In this document: positions 45,000-57,445 of the stretch, piece after piece
Numbering within the stretch: the first letter of the stretch is position 1
Layout of the letters: each line of letters opens with the position of its first letter
Origin: Cladosporium halotolerans
Lineage: Eukaryota
DNA: 64,000 nucleotides
Assembly (NCBI RefSeq): GCF_011745625.1
Contig: NW_027191453.1
Location: 930,001-994,000, forward strand
Direction: 5' to 3'
Made by a program: the position numbers and the translations under genes
Notes under the pieces: model-generated
What the model saw: only the letters and a program-made list of their open reading frames with translations
Databases searched by the model: none
What the model was told of the DNA's origin: nothing

Positions 45000-47900
45000 A
45001 TGAGCGGTGCAGTTGGTCTTGGAGCCGGCGACGGCAGTCTGCCGGAGAACATGCTTGATACGCCCGACTACACAGATTCAGAATCCAACCCCACCGGAAC
45101 CGCGAACAGTGTAGCTGGTGACGCTGCGCCTATAGACGGTCGCAAGCGTCGCGCAGAAGGCAATGCATTGCGCAAAAGCGTGTTCGGCAAGAAGCATGAT
45201 CGCCTTGGCGAGAACAAGGAGGACGACTCGGTGAGGCGTTTTCGCTACTTGCTCGGCTTGACGGACCTCTTCAGGCATTTCATCGATGCGAACCCCAATC
45301 CAAAAATTAGGGAGATCATGGCGGAGATTGACAGACAGGATCACGAAGAGGAGGCAAAGAAGGCTGGCAACAAGCGCAAAGGTGGTGCTGATGGCGGAAG
45401 GAGAAGACGGACAGAGAAAGAAGAGGATGCGGAGTTGCTGCGCGAAGGCAAGCAAGAAGGCAAAACTAATGAGACGATCTTCCGTGAGAGTCCGAGTTTC
45501 ATCCACGGAGAGATGAGGGACTACCAGGTCGCTGGTCTGAACTGGCTGGTCAGCCTCCACGAGAACGGCATTTCCGGCATTCTTGCGGATGAGATGGGTC
45601 TGGGCAAGACACTACAGACGATCTCTTTCATCGGCTACTTACGTTTCGTTCAAGATATCAAGGGTCCTCACTTAGTTGCCGTGCCCAAATCGACACTGGA
45701 TAACTGGAAGCGCGAGTTCGCAAAATGGATCCCTGATGTCAACGTGCTGGTCTTGCAGGGAGACAAAGAAGCGCGCCAAGAGCTCATCAAAGAACGCCTC
45801 GTCGATGGCGAAGATACTTTCGACGTTCTGATCACCTCATACGAGATGATCTTGCGCGAGAAGAGCCATCTGAAGAAGTTCGCATGGGAGTACATCATTA
45901 TTGATGAAGCCCATCGCATCAAGAACGAAGAATCATCGCTTGCTCAGATCATCCGCATCTTCAACTCTCGCAATCGCCTGCTCATTACTGGTACTCCCCT
46001 GCAGAACAATCTTCATGAGTTGTGGGCTCTCCTGAACTTCTTGATGCCGGACGTCTTCGGAGATTCAGAGGCCTTTGACCAATGGTTCTCTTCTCAGCAG
46101 GAGGATCAAGATTCTGTTGTCCAGAAGCTTCACCGTGTCCTGAGGCCCTTCCTGTTACGACGTGTCAAAGCTGACGTGGAGAAGAGTCTGTTGCCGAAGA
46201 AGGAGCTAAACATCTACGTGAACATGACACCCATGCAGCGCAAGTGGTACAGACAGATTCTGGAAAAGGACATTGATGCTGTCAACAACGCTGCCGGCAA
46301 GAAGGAGAGCAAGACGCGTTTGTTGAACATTGTGATGCAGCTGCGCAAGTGCTGTAACCACCCTTACCTCTTTGACGGCGCGGAGCCGGGCCCGCCTTAC
46401 ACAACGGACGAGCATTTGGTCGACAACTCCGCGAAGATGATCATGCTTGACAAGCTCCTGAAGCGCATGAAAGAGAATGGTAGCCGTGTGCTCATCTTCT
46501 CTCAGATGAGCCGTGTATTGGACATTATGGAGGATTACTCAGTGTTCCGTGGCTACCAATACTGCCGTATCGACGGCTCGACCGCACATGAGGACCGCAT
46601 TGCTGCTATCGATGAATACAACAAAGAGGGCTCGGAGAAGTTCCTCTTCCTGCTCACAACGCGTGCCGGTGGTCTTGGCATCAACTTGACAAGCGCCGAC
46701 ATTGTGGTGCTCTTTGACTCGGATTGGAACCCTCAAGCCGATCTGCAGGCCATGGATCGTGCTCACCGTATCGGTCAGAAGAAGCAAGTCCAGGTCTTCC
46801 GCTTGGTCACCGAGCAGGCCATTGAGGAGAAGGTGCTTGAGCGTGCTGCTCAGAAGCTTCGTCTCGATCAGCTTGTCATCCAGCAAGGTCGTGCTCAACA
46901 GCAAGCCAAGCAGACATCCAGCAAAGACGAGCTCCTCGGGATGATCCAGCACGGTGCGAGCACAGTCTTCAGCAACGATACTCCGACAACTGGCGCCGAT
47001 GGGCTTGATGAGTACGACATTGATGCGATCCTGCGCAAGGGCGAGGAGAGGACGAAGGAGATGCAGAACAAGTACGAGAAGCTTGGTATCGACGATCTCC
47101 AAAAGTTTAGCTCCGAAGCGGGAAGCGCGTACGAGTGGAACGGCGAAAAGTTCACTCACATGAAGAAGGACATTGGCCTCAGCTGGATCGAACCTTCGAA
47201 GCGCGAGCGTAAAGAGCAGAGCTACAGCATGGACAAGTACTACCGCAACGCGCTCATGACCGGCGGAAGAACGGCAGACCCCAAGCCTAAGGTCCCGCGT
47301 GCTCCTAAGCAACAAGCTATGCATGATTACCAGTTCTTCGATCCGCGTCTGGGCGATCTACAGGAGAAAGAGACTGCATGGTTTAGGAAAGAGAACAAGA
47401 TCCAGGCTCCTCTTGCGGAGGGTGAAGAAGATACGCTTGAGCAACGCCAGGAGGACCAGGCCTTGGAGCAGAAGATGATTGATGAGGCTGAGCCCCTCAC
47501 AGAAGAAGAAATTGCTGAGAAAGATCACTTGGCTGAGCATGGTTTCGGTGACTGGAACAAGCGTGATTTCCAGCAGTTTATCAATGGTTCTGCGAGATAC
47601 GGCCGCCACGACTTCGACAACATTGCTCTTGAGGTTGACTCAAAGGAGCCCGAAGAGATCAAGAAATACTTCAAGGTCTTCTGGAAGCGCTACAAGGAGA
47701 TTGGCAACTGGGAAAAGCATATCTCTGCGATCAAAGAAGGCGAACAGAAAGCGCAGCGCGTCATCGAGCAGCGCGAAATGCTACGCAAGAAGCTGAAGAT
47801 GTACCGTGTGCCACTGCAGCAGCTCAAGCTCAACTACACCGTTTCTACGACGAACAAGAAGGTCTACACCGAAGAGGAGGATCGTTTCCTACTCGTCATG

Positions 47901-48352
47901 CTGGACAAGTATGGCCTCGATTCGGAAGGCGTCTACGAGGCGATTCGTGACGAGATCCGTGAGAGCCCGCTTTTCAGATTTGATTGGTTCTTCCTCTCGC
48001 GCACACCTCAAGAAATCAGCCGCAGATGTACTACTCTCATTACCACTGTTGCCAAAGAGATGGAAGGCAACGCTGGTGGCAAGGAGAACAAGCGCACCGT
48101 TGATGAAGATGAGTCTGATGAAGTTGAGGAACCGACAAAGAAGAAGGGTCGCGTCAGCACTGGCGGCGCAAAGGTAAGTTTCACATGTCGGCCTCGCAAA
48201 TGAATACATTTGACTGACAGCACTCACAGAACAAGGTCGTCAACGGCGTCAAGGGTACTCCTAATGGCACGTCTCGTGCTGCTAGCGTCGACACGAACGG
48301 CTCCGCCGGTGGAAGTGCGAAGACAAAGGGCCGCGGTCGCGCGAAGCGTTAA
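45000..48352 (+). CDS. ISW2: ISWI-family chromatin-remodelling ATPase, 2 exons
   Basis: SNF2 motifs [55 protein letters not shown] and [11 protein letters not shown], followed by HAND-SANT-SLIDE ([18 protein letters not shown]). Intron 48174-48229; TAA 48350-48352. Confidence 0.95.
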
Positions 48353-49007
48353 TTGACGGTAGTCAACTGGGTATCAACGGCGTTTCAGGTGTTGAAAGGC
48401 AGCAAGCGGGTCATGGCCGGTGTGGCACGTGGCCTGAGTCGGTAGCGTTTCACTTTCTGAACTTCACAGGTGCCAGTACGGTTCGGTGGCAGGCCAAATG
48501 TACTATTGAGGAATTAGTATTGACTTTCAGGAAATCCAAATGCGAGTGTACTCTTAGGCATTGTTGTCATCGCTGCTTCAAACATGATGAGTCACAGGAG
48601 TTTCATCGTCTATTGCCGACAGTCTCAGCCTGCTCTCCAGGATCACAATTCTCTTGTCATGTTGACAAAGAAGTATTGTTCTCTAAGATTACATCGGCGC
48701 CCTTGACAAAGCTGGCTTCTGAATCAGGAGACAAACAACGGGCGTCCGGCTTGAACAAAGGCTGAATTTAGAATTGCGGTTTGGCGTACAATAACCCCCT
48801 CTCGTCTCCCCAAGCCCTTAGCTCCACTCTTCCTTCTCAATCATAGAGACCTGACAGAGACAACCGCGGTAAGAACGCAATCCCCTCCCCTCTCCTCTCC
48901 TTTCCCTATTTCCTTTGTCTGTCTTCGGTATCTGCTGGCCAGAACCCTCCTCGAAACACCACGCATTTTAGCAGAAGAAACCAGCATCCAGCATCGATCA
49001 AACACCA

Positions 49008-50414
49008 ATGGACGGCAGCTTCGACTTAGACGTCAGCATGTCCAACGGCCCTAACTTCAACCAGCAACGTAGCCGCCCTGGCGGCCGCGACAACAACCAC
49101 AAGCCGTGCTACGTTTGCGGTCAAATGGGCCACATCGCCAGAGCTTGTCCGACGACGCGTAACAAGCCTCAGAGTAGCAATGACCATGCGTCTCAGAGAC
49201 GTAATGGCAATGGCAACGGCAACGGAAAAGGGAAACAGCGCATGAACTCAAGCGCCAGCAGTAGCAGTGGCGACAAGCAATTCACAGATCCAGCCAACGC
49301 TACGCCCAACGGCCAATGTTACATGCATCCCAGAAGCAACCACTCCAACGCTGATTGCACTAATCCGAGAAACAGGTTCAGTTCGCGCAACAACGGCACG
49401 CAGGGATCTGATGGTCGAAAGAGCCGCCAGCAGCAAGACTCGCAGCCCAAGCCTCAGCACAACCGACACGGCAACATCAGAAGCAACCATGGCCCTCTGC
49501 AGAACCCTGGCGACTACTGCGAGCGCTGCAACACCCGCGGTCACATCGCTGTGACTTGCCAGAACCCAGGCCCTGGGGCTGCGGCGGTCATCACATGTAT
49601 GATGTGCAAGAACCGCGGACACACTCACATCGAGTGCCAGCACCCGCTCTGTTGCACCAACTGCAGACAAGTCGGCCACTCGCGCTTTTCTTGTCGTAAC
49701 CCCACGGCTCCGGAAGCTATGATGGGCCCGTCTCCACTGGACTTGGAGAGGATTCGTGCTGGCGCTCAGTATGCGGCATCACATCAGCAGGGATGCTCTC
49801 ACAGCTTCCAACACGCTGCTCAGCCCCACCCAACCATCACCAAGGCTTCCTTCGGCCCTACCTTCCAACTCGCCGAGCCCGAGGATGAGCTTACCGCAGA
49901 GCTCTTCAGGATGCAGAGGGCTGCAGCAGCAGAGCGCCGCAGGCTCGTCGCCGCTAAATGCTATGCCTCAGCAACGATGTACGGGCACAGTCTCTTCAAT
50001 GGTGAGATCGAGCAGGGCGCCCGCTTCTTGGGCGGCATCGACCCCAACCACCCGCAAATCGTCCTTCCCTCACACTTGAAGAAGACCGAGGCTGCGGAGC
50101 GTCTCTTCCAGTCGCTTATTAAAAACCGGTCGCTCAGTACTGCGGCCGGCTTGATCAGCAATGGTTGGAACTTCTTCCGCGACCCTAGGACGATGGACGC
50201 CGTCGCACGGTCTCAGGCGCCCTTCTGCCACGGGTGCTCTGGCAAGGGCATCATCCTGAACGCCACGTTCAACCGCGTTCCTGCGGGCGCGGATGTGCTC
50301 GAGCTCGAGGACTGGGACATCTGGGGTGTCAACATCCTGTTCTCATGTCACTGCTGCAAGGCGTACGGGTACACCTTCTTGCATGACGAGGGCGAACGGA
50401 TGGATATCTCTTGA
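49008..50414 (+). CDS. Multi zinc-knuckle (CCHC) nucleic-acid-binding protein, 468 aa
   Basis: Four CX2CX4HX4C motifs (CYVC.., CERC.., CMMC.., CTNC..), one CX2HX4HX4C variant and a C-terminal CHGC...CHCC pair. Confidence 0.8.
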   Translation: MDGSFDLDVSMSNGPNFNQQRSRPGGRDNNHKPCYVCGQMGHIARACPTTRNKPQSSNDHASQRRNGNGNGNGKGKQRMNSSASSSSGDKQFTDPANATPNGQCYMHPRSNHSNADCTNPRNRFSSRNNGTQGSDGRKSRQQQDSQPKPQHNRHGNIRSNHGPLQNPGDYCERCNTRGHIAVTCQNPGPGAAAVITCMMCKNRGHTHIECQHPLCCTNCRQVGHSRFSCRNPTAPEAMMGPSPLDLERIRAGAQYAASHQQGCSHSFQHAAQPHPTITKASFGPTFQLAEPEDELTAELFRMQRAAAAERRRLVAAKCYASATMYGHSLFNGEIEQGARFLGGIDPNHPQIVLPSHLKKTEAAERLFQSLIKNRSLSTAAGLISNGWNFFRDPRTMDAVARSQAPFCHGCSGKGIILNATFNRVPAGADVLELEDWDIWGVNILFSCHCCKAYGYTFLHDEGERMDIS

Positions 50415-52048
50415 AGCGGAAAAGGTAAGCAATTGTTCAGAGTATACAATGTTGCGTTTTGAGCGTTAATCATGTCCTGTTGTAATCTAAGTTACAATTT
50501 GCTTGAAAATCCCCTGCTATTCCCTTGAGTGACAAAGAACTTCCTGTCAATAACGAAATGTACGTTTTAGCAACCAATACCAGCGGTTGAAAGCGGTTTA
50601 GTGAGGCCACGTGGCACCAGGATCATGTCGCATGCGGCGTGGTGTATCAACCATGTTGGCGGCGCCATCACGGATGTTGGGCTTTGCCCGGGTGGTTCGA
50701 GAAGGACTTCGAGGAATGGTACATCGATCCTTCTGATCAGCTGACAAGTTTGAAAACAAAGGGTTTAATCCGGTTTGCTGATCGAGTGTCTCCAACATGA
50801 ACTCCACAGTCTTAAAGCAACACCTCGTAGTATCACATGACTTGTGCGGCGTTCTGTCTGGGTGCTAGTGCCCCGGCGATGGATTCCGCGGCGCCATTCA
50901 GCCTGGCAAAGAGCGGAGATGCTCATTTAGCCCACTTATTGTTCAGCGCGTGCTGGTATTTTTAGATATTATCTGTCATTCACTTTGCAGCTAATTAGCT
51001 CTATTTTCAGAAAACGGGAGAGTCTCCCGCCGCGCTCTTGCATGCTAGATGCATCCGCAAGGCATTCGCCAGATTTGCGATCGCTACTAGGGTGCGGAGG
51101 TGGATCAGGCTAGAGCGAAGGAAGTGAACTTGGTCGAGAAGTGGGCATCTCAGGCACCTGAGCGCTTAGATAGCGGAGACGCTGTTTTCCCAGCCACCTT
51201 CACAGATTGATTGGATGCTCTGCTCACGCAAGGTGTACTCCCAGAGCTTGAGTGATCATCTGGTGAGACTGACTACATCGTGAGAGGCCAAGCCGTCAGA
51301 GACAACGGCGTGCAAATCCGTCTCACGCGATGAACGCCTGGTTCGTTTGACACTGCTACAGAGACGCCTTCGCCAATCTTCGATTTCTCAGTCAGTCATC
51401 ATCTCGCGTGCCACCAACCGACTTGACTCTTCCTTCATACTCATAGAAACCGGATGGCGGGCATATGCAGGCTGTGACATCCGCTAGCACCTAGTGGCGC
51501 CTGCAGCCGCATCCTCCTGCATCTGGATTACCCTAGACTTTTCCGTTGCTCACTCCGCGAGAATCGAGCTTATGGGCCGTATGATCTGATTCCAGTGTCT
51601 TCAGGTCCTTGAATCCGGTCAATCAAAGTCCTTGGGTCGGACCATTCCTGGGCTTCAAGACCTCAAGAGGATACAGAAGCCCCAAGATCACCACAGCAGG
51701 CGTGCTGTAAGCGCCGCCGCGCCGGGAATCTGGTGAGGCGCATGCAGGCGGCACTTTGTGACATGGGGCACGCTGCAACAACGGGTGCTTATGCAGGCGA
51801 TCCACGCTAGTTCTATTCATGCGCCTCTAATTTGGTCGATCCATCTTTACACAGAGCAATCTATTCTCCGCCCGAAGAACCTTAGTCTTGCTCCGGAGGT
51901 GTTGGTACGTTGCCAGACCCGTGGGTATATAGGATTCTTTGTGCTGCCATCTCCTGCACCTTGCCCATCATTACTCCAGTCGCTCTCGATATATCAGCCT
52001 CACGCACCTCTTCTTCATTTGAGGGTGACACAGCACGATTCCAATACA

Positions 52049-52714
52049 ATGGCTCCGACTCTTACCTCTTTCCTCGCCTTTTCTGGCCTGTTCTCTTCGG
52101 TGTATTGCCTTCCGCCTACCGAACGATCAACGGACACTGTCGAGGTTCTCGATCTCAATGCAGTATCTCCGGGTCTACCTACACCTACCACATTGCCTTC
52201 AGTCATTGCGCTTGGCGTCGGCACTCAGAACTATACTTGCAACTCAACGACTGGCACTTACAGCAGCAATGTTGCGCTCGCCGACCTCTACGATATCACC
52301 AGCCTCGTCAAGGCGTCCACCAAGGATAGCCTTTGCAAGCTATACCTCAAGCACTCTCAGGACTGCCAGAGCGAAGACAATCCTCTAAAGCTCAACCTGA
52401 TCGGCGACCACTTCTTCGATGCCTCCAGTAAACCAAACTTTGACTTCACAAGAAGCGACAAAGGCTGGCTCCAGGCGAAGAAGAACGCTGCCGTTCCCGC
52501 CCCAGCGAAAGCATCAAAGGGTGTGAAAGACCAGGCCAATGGTGCGGTAGACTGGTTATACCTTGTCGACAACGACGCGGGCGTTTCGAAGGACTTGCTG
52601 TCCGTCTACAGAGTCCAGACCGCGGGTGGCAAGCCACCGACCAGCTGCAGTGGAGATGAGCAGATTGAGATTCCTTACGCGGCGGAGTACTGGTTCTACA
52701 AGGAAGAGTTTTGA
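52049..52714 (+). CDS. Secreted DUF3455-family protein (often mis-annotated as 'malate dehydrogenase')
   Basis: Signal peptide from ATG 52049. Motifs ALGVGTQNYTC, GDHFF, AVDWLYL, VYRVQTAGGKPP.C and YAAEYWFY. Confidence 0.85.
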   Translation: MAPTLTSFLAFSGLFSSVYCLPPTERSTDTVEVLDLNAVSPGLPTPTTLPSVIALGVGTQNYTCNSTTGTYSSNVALADLYDITSLVKASTKDSLCKLYLKHSQDCQSEDNPLKLNLIGDHFFDASSKPNFDFTRSDKGWLQAKKNAAVPAPAKASKGVKDQANGAVDWLYLVDNDAGVSKDLLSVYRVQTAGGKPPTSCSGDEQIEIPYAAEYWFYKEEF

Positions 52715-53273
52715 ACGACATGAGTTGGTGGCCTGAATTGGTTTCTTTGCCCTCCTTCTTGTTTGCTCGGTTCTCAAAAGGCGAATAATGCTCTGCGATA
52801 CCCTCGAGCGGGAATACTTTCGTTAACGCAAGTGCTGCTTACGAAAGCGGATGATACTGGCCAATGATTGTCTGATCAATTTATATATAGCGTTGCTCTT
52901 CATCATGTCTACGCCCCGTCTCTGAATCTCATTCGTTTCCCAGTGATTCGCTGTGTCGCACCAACAAAGATCGTAATCTCGGGCTGTCCGAACAAGAATC
53001 GTTTCAGCATACCTCGGCATGAGGAAGAGAGGCGTTGGGACAGATCCATGCATGGCTTTTCGACTGTCAAGCTCCAGAATATCAGTCAGTATGCAATTGA
53101 GTAATTTTGGCATCAAGTGATGAAATCCGTTATCAGGACATTGCCAAAATCGCTTTGGTGAAGCCAGGGAGATCGGCCAGCTCCGACACCCGACCCCACT
53201 GTTGATCCCCCACCACCACCCTGATATACACAACCATTGTTTACCATGCGCTGAAAATTGTAGCTCACACTAC

Positions 53274-53741
53274 ATGAGTCCAGTGCACATCGCCTCGAAC
53301 CGACTTCATAATCTATCACAACAATTCTCAACCACAGCCTCAGACAATACTATGGCGCAACAGCGACCCTTCATCACCTGCCACGTGCTAGACACAGTCG
53401 CTGGCAAACCAGGCGCCAATATCTCCGTAAAACTGAAGCTCGTTTCTCCTTCCCAAGCCACGACGTCTCACTGGACCGCGAAGACCAACAGTGACGGCCG
53501 CGTGCCCGCATGGGATTCATCCGAGGATATCAATGCGGTGGTGGAGAAGGTCAAGGGCGAGCTTAGCGGCGACGACCAGATGGTATGGAGCCTGACTTTC
53601 GATACGGAGAACTATTTTGGCAAAGGAAAGACTTTCTGGCCGGAGGTGGAGTTGAGGTTCGCGGCTAAGAAGGAGGAGGAACACTACCATGTGCCGCTGC
53701 TGCTTGGACCTTGGAGCTACACGACGTACAGGGGTTCGTGA
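53274..53741 (+). CDS. 5-hydroxyisourate hydrolase (transthyretin-like protein)
   Basis: Motifs ITCHVLDTVAGKP, TNSDGR, HYHVPLLLGPWSYTT and the diagnostic C-terminal YRGS. In-frame ATGs at 53274 and 53352. Confidence 0.93.
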   Translation: MSPVHIASNRLHNLSQQFSTTASDNTMAQQRPFITCHVLDTVAGKPGANISVKLKLVSPSQATTSHWTAKTNSDGRVPAWDSSEDINAVVEKVKGELSGDDQMVWSLTFDTENYFGKGKTFWPEVELRFAAKKEEEHYHVPLLLGPWSYTTYRGS

Positions 53742-55544
53742 GGTGCAGGGGTCTGGAGTGGAAGATCTTAGGAGTCGTGTTGAGGCAGCGGCATGGCTGT
53801 ACAGCCCAGACTGTTCACATTGCCCTACACGATGAGACAGCATTATGCAGTGCGGCTGCGGACTGTGGGCCCAGGCATCGCTTCACGACAGAAGGCCGTC
53901 TCACCTACCGGTATTCAGTCATGAGCTCACGCGTGCCTTTGCATCTCGAGGAGTGTGCTCTCCAGGGCGACATTTGACATGGAACACTCGTGCTGGATCC
54001 GATTGCTCTTTCCTACTCGTGCCCGGGGAGGTGATCAAGCCCTGCGCTACTGCTGCTCGCGACCCCTTAGCCGACGAGCGGATGCGCTTGCTAAAGTCAC
54101 AACACAGTGCACGGTCACGACTTGTCTGTAGCGCACGATGATTGAACCGTCCTGGAGTTCGCATACGATCGACTGCCATCAGCTCCTTGTCCACATCCAC
54201 AGTACCATTACCGCATTATGAAGCACCACGTAAAGCCCTCAAAATTCGAATGTTACATGGAGAGTCGAGATCTCCATGTCAGTGCACTATGCTTGACTCC
54301 CTCTTTGTGGCGCCAGATGCCCTGTCAATTAGTGCATAGTGTGGTGTTCAACCAGTGAATTCATCTGAAAATTCACAGTAGCAGCACAAATGCTGTGATG
54401 ACATTGAGTCGATATTAGAGTATCTCAGAATTTACTCGGAAAAGGGCCAACAAAACGTATGATCGATCTGCCATGTCTCCGGTCGTCCCTGACGACATAA
54501 GACAAATCTATCGGTGACGAGTAGGGCGATCTCAACCCCAACCCTAACCCTGACATCCCAGACGGCTGGACTTCGCCGCCTTCTAGCGTCGAAGAACCCC
54601 TGTCAATCTCCGGACTTCGCCCTTGCAACACCACAAAGATTCAGACTCACGAAAACACGTGCACGCGCCGAAGGGATGATCCCGAAACGTCTGAAGATAC
54701 CTGCACTCTATGGACCGGGGCCCGTCTCCGCGGACTGCAGTGCTCAAGTCCGCAAACACGCGGCCAGAATTCAGCCCTGAAACGATTCGCGCATTCCACG
54801 GTGCTTCTTTCAGACGGCCGAAACCGCGCCGATACCTGTCTGCTGCCTCACCATCGATCCTTCCGCGATAGCCCCTAGACCGCGCACAGGGAGTGACATC
54901 AACACACACGTGGTTGAAAGCATCTATCACATTTTCTTCAGTGAAGTCTCGACAAAGTCGGAGCTGTTATGATAAAGTCTAACCCTACTGACTGATTGGG
55001 CTGTCACGTGCACTGTCCATGATATCTAGATGCAGGTTGACGACTTTTCGGTCATGGTAACCATCTACCAGCCACATGAAGGATTTTCCGATACAAGCTA
55101 AGACGGCAAAACTGGTTCCTGGTTCGGTGCGATGCTCCCATGTGAGCTGTGCACTCTATGCAACGCTGGCATAGGCATGGAGTACCCGGTGACATCTACC
55201 TACAACCCTTGCAATCTCTATGCATTCAGGCGGCTGGCGCAGCTGTATACGCGGACGCCACGGTCATTTCTGAGGACACGATCTGCGGTAGTGCCGTGTC
55301 AAGGACGACTGTCTTGCGTATGGTTTTCTTTTCTGATCGATCGGTGTTTCCGGGTCGACGGAGTGCAAAGGGTCTGAGCCTTGCGCGTCCGTACATATAC
55401 CATGTCGAGATGTCTCCCACCTGGCACTCAGGTAGAAAGTAACGAGCCCCCACGGCATACTTAAAGAGAAAAAAAGGCCAACTCCCCATTTGATCAATCA
55501 CCTCCTCAGAACATTATTTCGTGGCAAACTGCCCGCTCACAAGC

Positions 55545-57099
55545 ATGGCCGTTGAATCTCAAAACCGAAATCTGCAGCCTTCGCCAGCCGAAAGCGCGCG
55601 AAAATCACAAGAGAGCGTCCAGCCAACAACAATTCCTCCAACTCCAGTCGCTCAATCTATCGAGCCAAAGATGAGCCGCACGGGCCTCAAAGAGACACAG
55701 CACGGCCGTCAAGAGCCTGAACCGCTTCTTGAAGATGTCCCACTTGAAAGACCCTCACTCCACAGTGCTCGGCATTCGTGGCGTTCTGGACGGCCGCAAA
55801 GCTGGGCCCCCGATGACCGTGACGACCGTAGGCCCTACAGAGCGATTGCCTCCTACGACTATGGCACACCATCAAAAGCGCCTGCTGGAAGGGAATATGG
55901 CGACTCTTACTTCGACTACAGGGGTCCGTATTACGACCACCCGTATTCCCATTACCCGTTCTACCCGCCTCCGAGCCAGCGGAGAAGCGTTCCGCCGCGT
56001 GGGAGTTGGCGGTCCAGCTCCACGATCACTGCCTTGCCAACTCAAGGCCCGCTTCCGCCACCACCTCAAGCCGCTGAGGAATCTGGCGATGAGACTGAAG
56101 ATGAGAGGACTCCAACTCCTCGTCCGAAAAGGCTGCAGCAGCGACCTCTGACGTGGGGCTATGATTATACCCCGCCGCCGCCGTCAACGGAAGCAATTAT
56201 GCGTTTGCCCTTCACATGGTGGATGAACAGCGGCGTCAAAGACCGTAAGTGCACCCTCCAATCTAGCGGAAGGGTCTTGGAGCTAACGTATCGCAGACTT
56301 TGTGTCGGCGCTCTCAGAGTGTGTGGGAACGATAATGTTCCTGTTTTTTGCATTTGCCGGCACTCAAGTTGCCAATATCAACGCAAACAGCGGTGCCTCA
56401 GCCTCTACGACAAACGCAGCCACAGGCTTCTCACCCATCGTTCTCACTTACATCTCACTCTCGTTTGGCTTCAGTCTGATGGTCAACGTCTGGATCTTCT
56501 ATCGCATCTCAGGCGGACTCTTCAACCCCGCCGTCACGCTTGGCATGGTCATGGTCAAATCTTTGAGCTACACCCGAGGCATCCTCCTCTGCGGCGCACA
56601 AATCGTCGGGTCGATTATCACCTCTCTGATTGTGAAGGTGCTGTTTCCCGTTGACTTCAACGTTCGCACGACGCTCTCCGAAGACACCAGCCTTGTGCAA
56701 GGTGTATTCATCGAAGGCCTCTTGACTGCCGAGTTGGTCTTCGCTATCTTCATGCTCGCGAAAGAAAAGCATCGTGCGACCTACTTGGCCCCTGTTGGCA
56801 TCGGCATTGCGCTCTTCATTGCTGAGCTCGTCGGAGTGTACTACACCGGCGGGTCGCTGAACCCAGCCCGCTCTTTCGGGCCCTGCGTTGTCACTGGCAT
56901 CTGGGATAAGGAGCACTGGATATACTGGGTTGGACCATGCTGCGGTGCCATCGGTGCGGTGGGTTTCTACAACTTCATTAAGGTCCTCGAATATGAGATG
57001 GCCAATCCGGGTCAAGACTCTGCGAGCGAGCAGAAGGCGGAGAAAGAGGCAGAGCAGTACAAGAACAAGAAGGACGAGGGTAGGAACGATATGGTGTAG
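55545..57099 (+). CDS. Aquaporin (MIP family) with long N-terminal extension, 2 exons
   Basis: ATG 55545 and a ~230-aa P/S/R-rich N-terminus. Intron 56245-56296. Then HFVSALSECVGT...SGGLFNPAVTLG...GGSLNPARSFGP...HWIYWVGP. Confidence 0.92.
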
Positions 57100-57445
57100 T
57101 GTGTTGTTTAAGATCTGTTTACGAAGCTGCTGCACTTGAACGCCACGAAAATTTTTATAGGTAGATAGCCTCCTTCCCGTCCTCAATTCTGTGCTGGTCA
57201 CATGAAGAGTGTATAAGATTTACTACTCGCCTCGTTATATTCTGATTCGCCTTCACTTTTCCCTTTTACCGCGTATGGTAGCGCTAACTTCAGCGCAGCA
57301 CGCTTGAGCGCTGCTCGAGCCAGCACCATCACATTCAACACGTGACAAGTGTCATTCTAGAGCTGCGCAAGAACCTCAAAAACGAAGACATGCAAACGGA
57401 AAGCAGAAAGCTAAAACATAAAACAGGCGAAAGGCCCAAGCAAGA

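Noticed and set aside
50450..51950. 1.5-kb interval with short ORFs and a small cgggag/ctcccg hairpin near 51015
   Set aside because: No family could be assigned, and a 6-bp hairpin is expected by chance.
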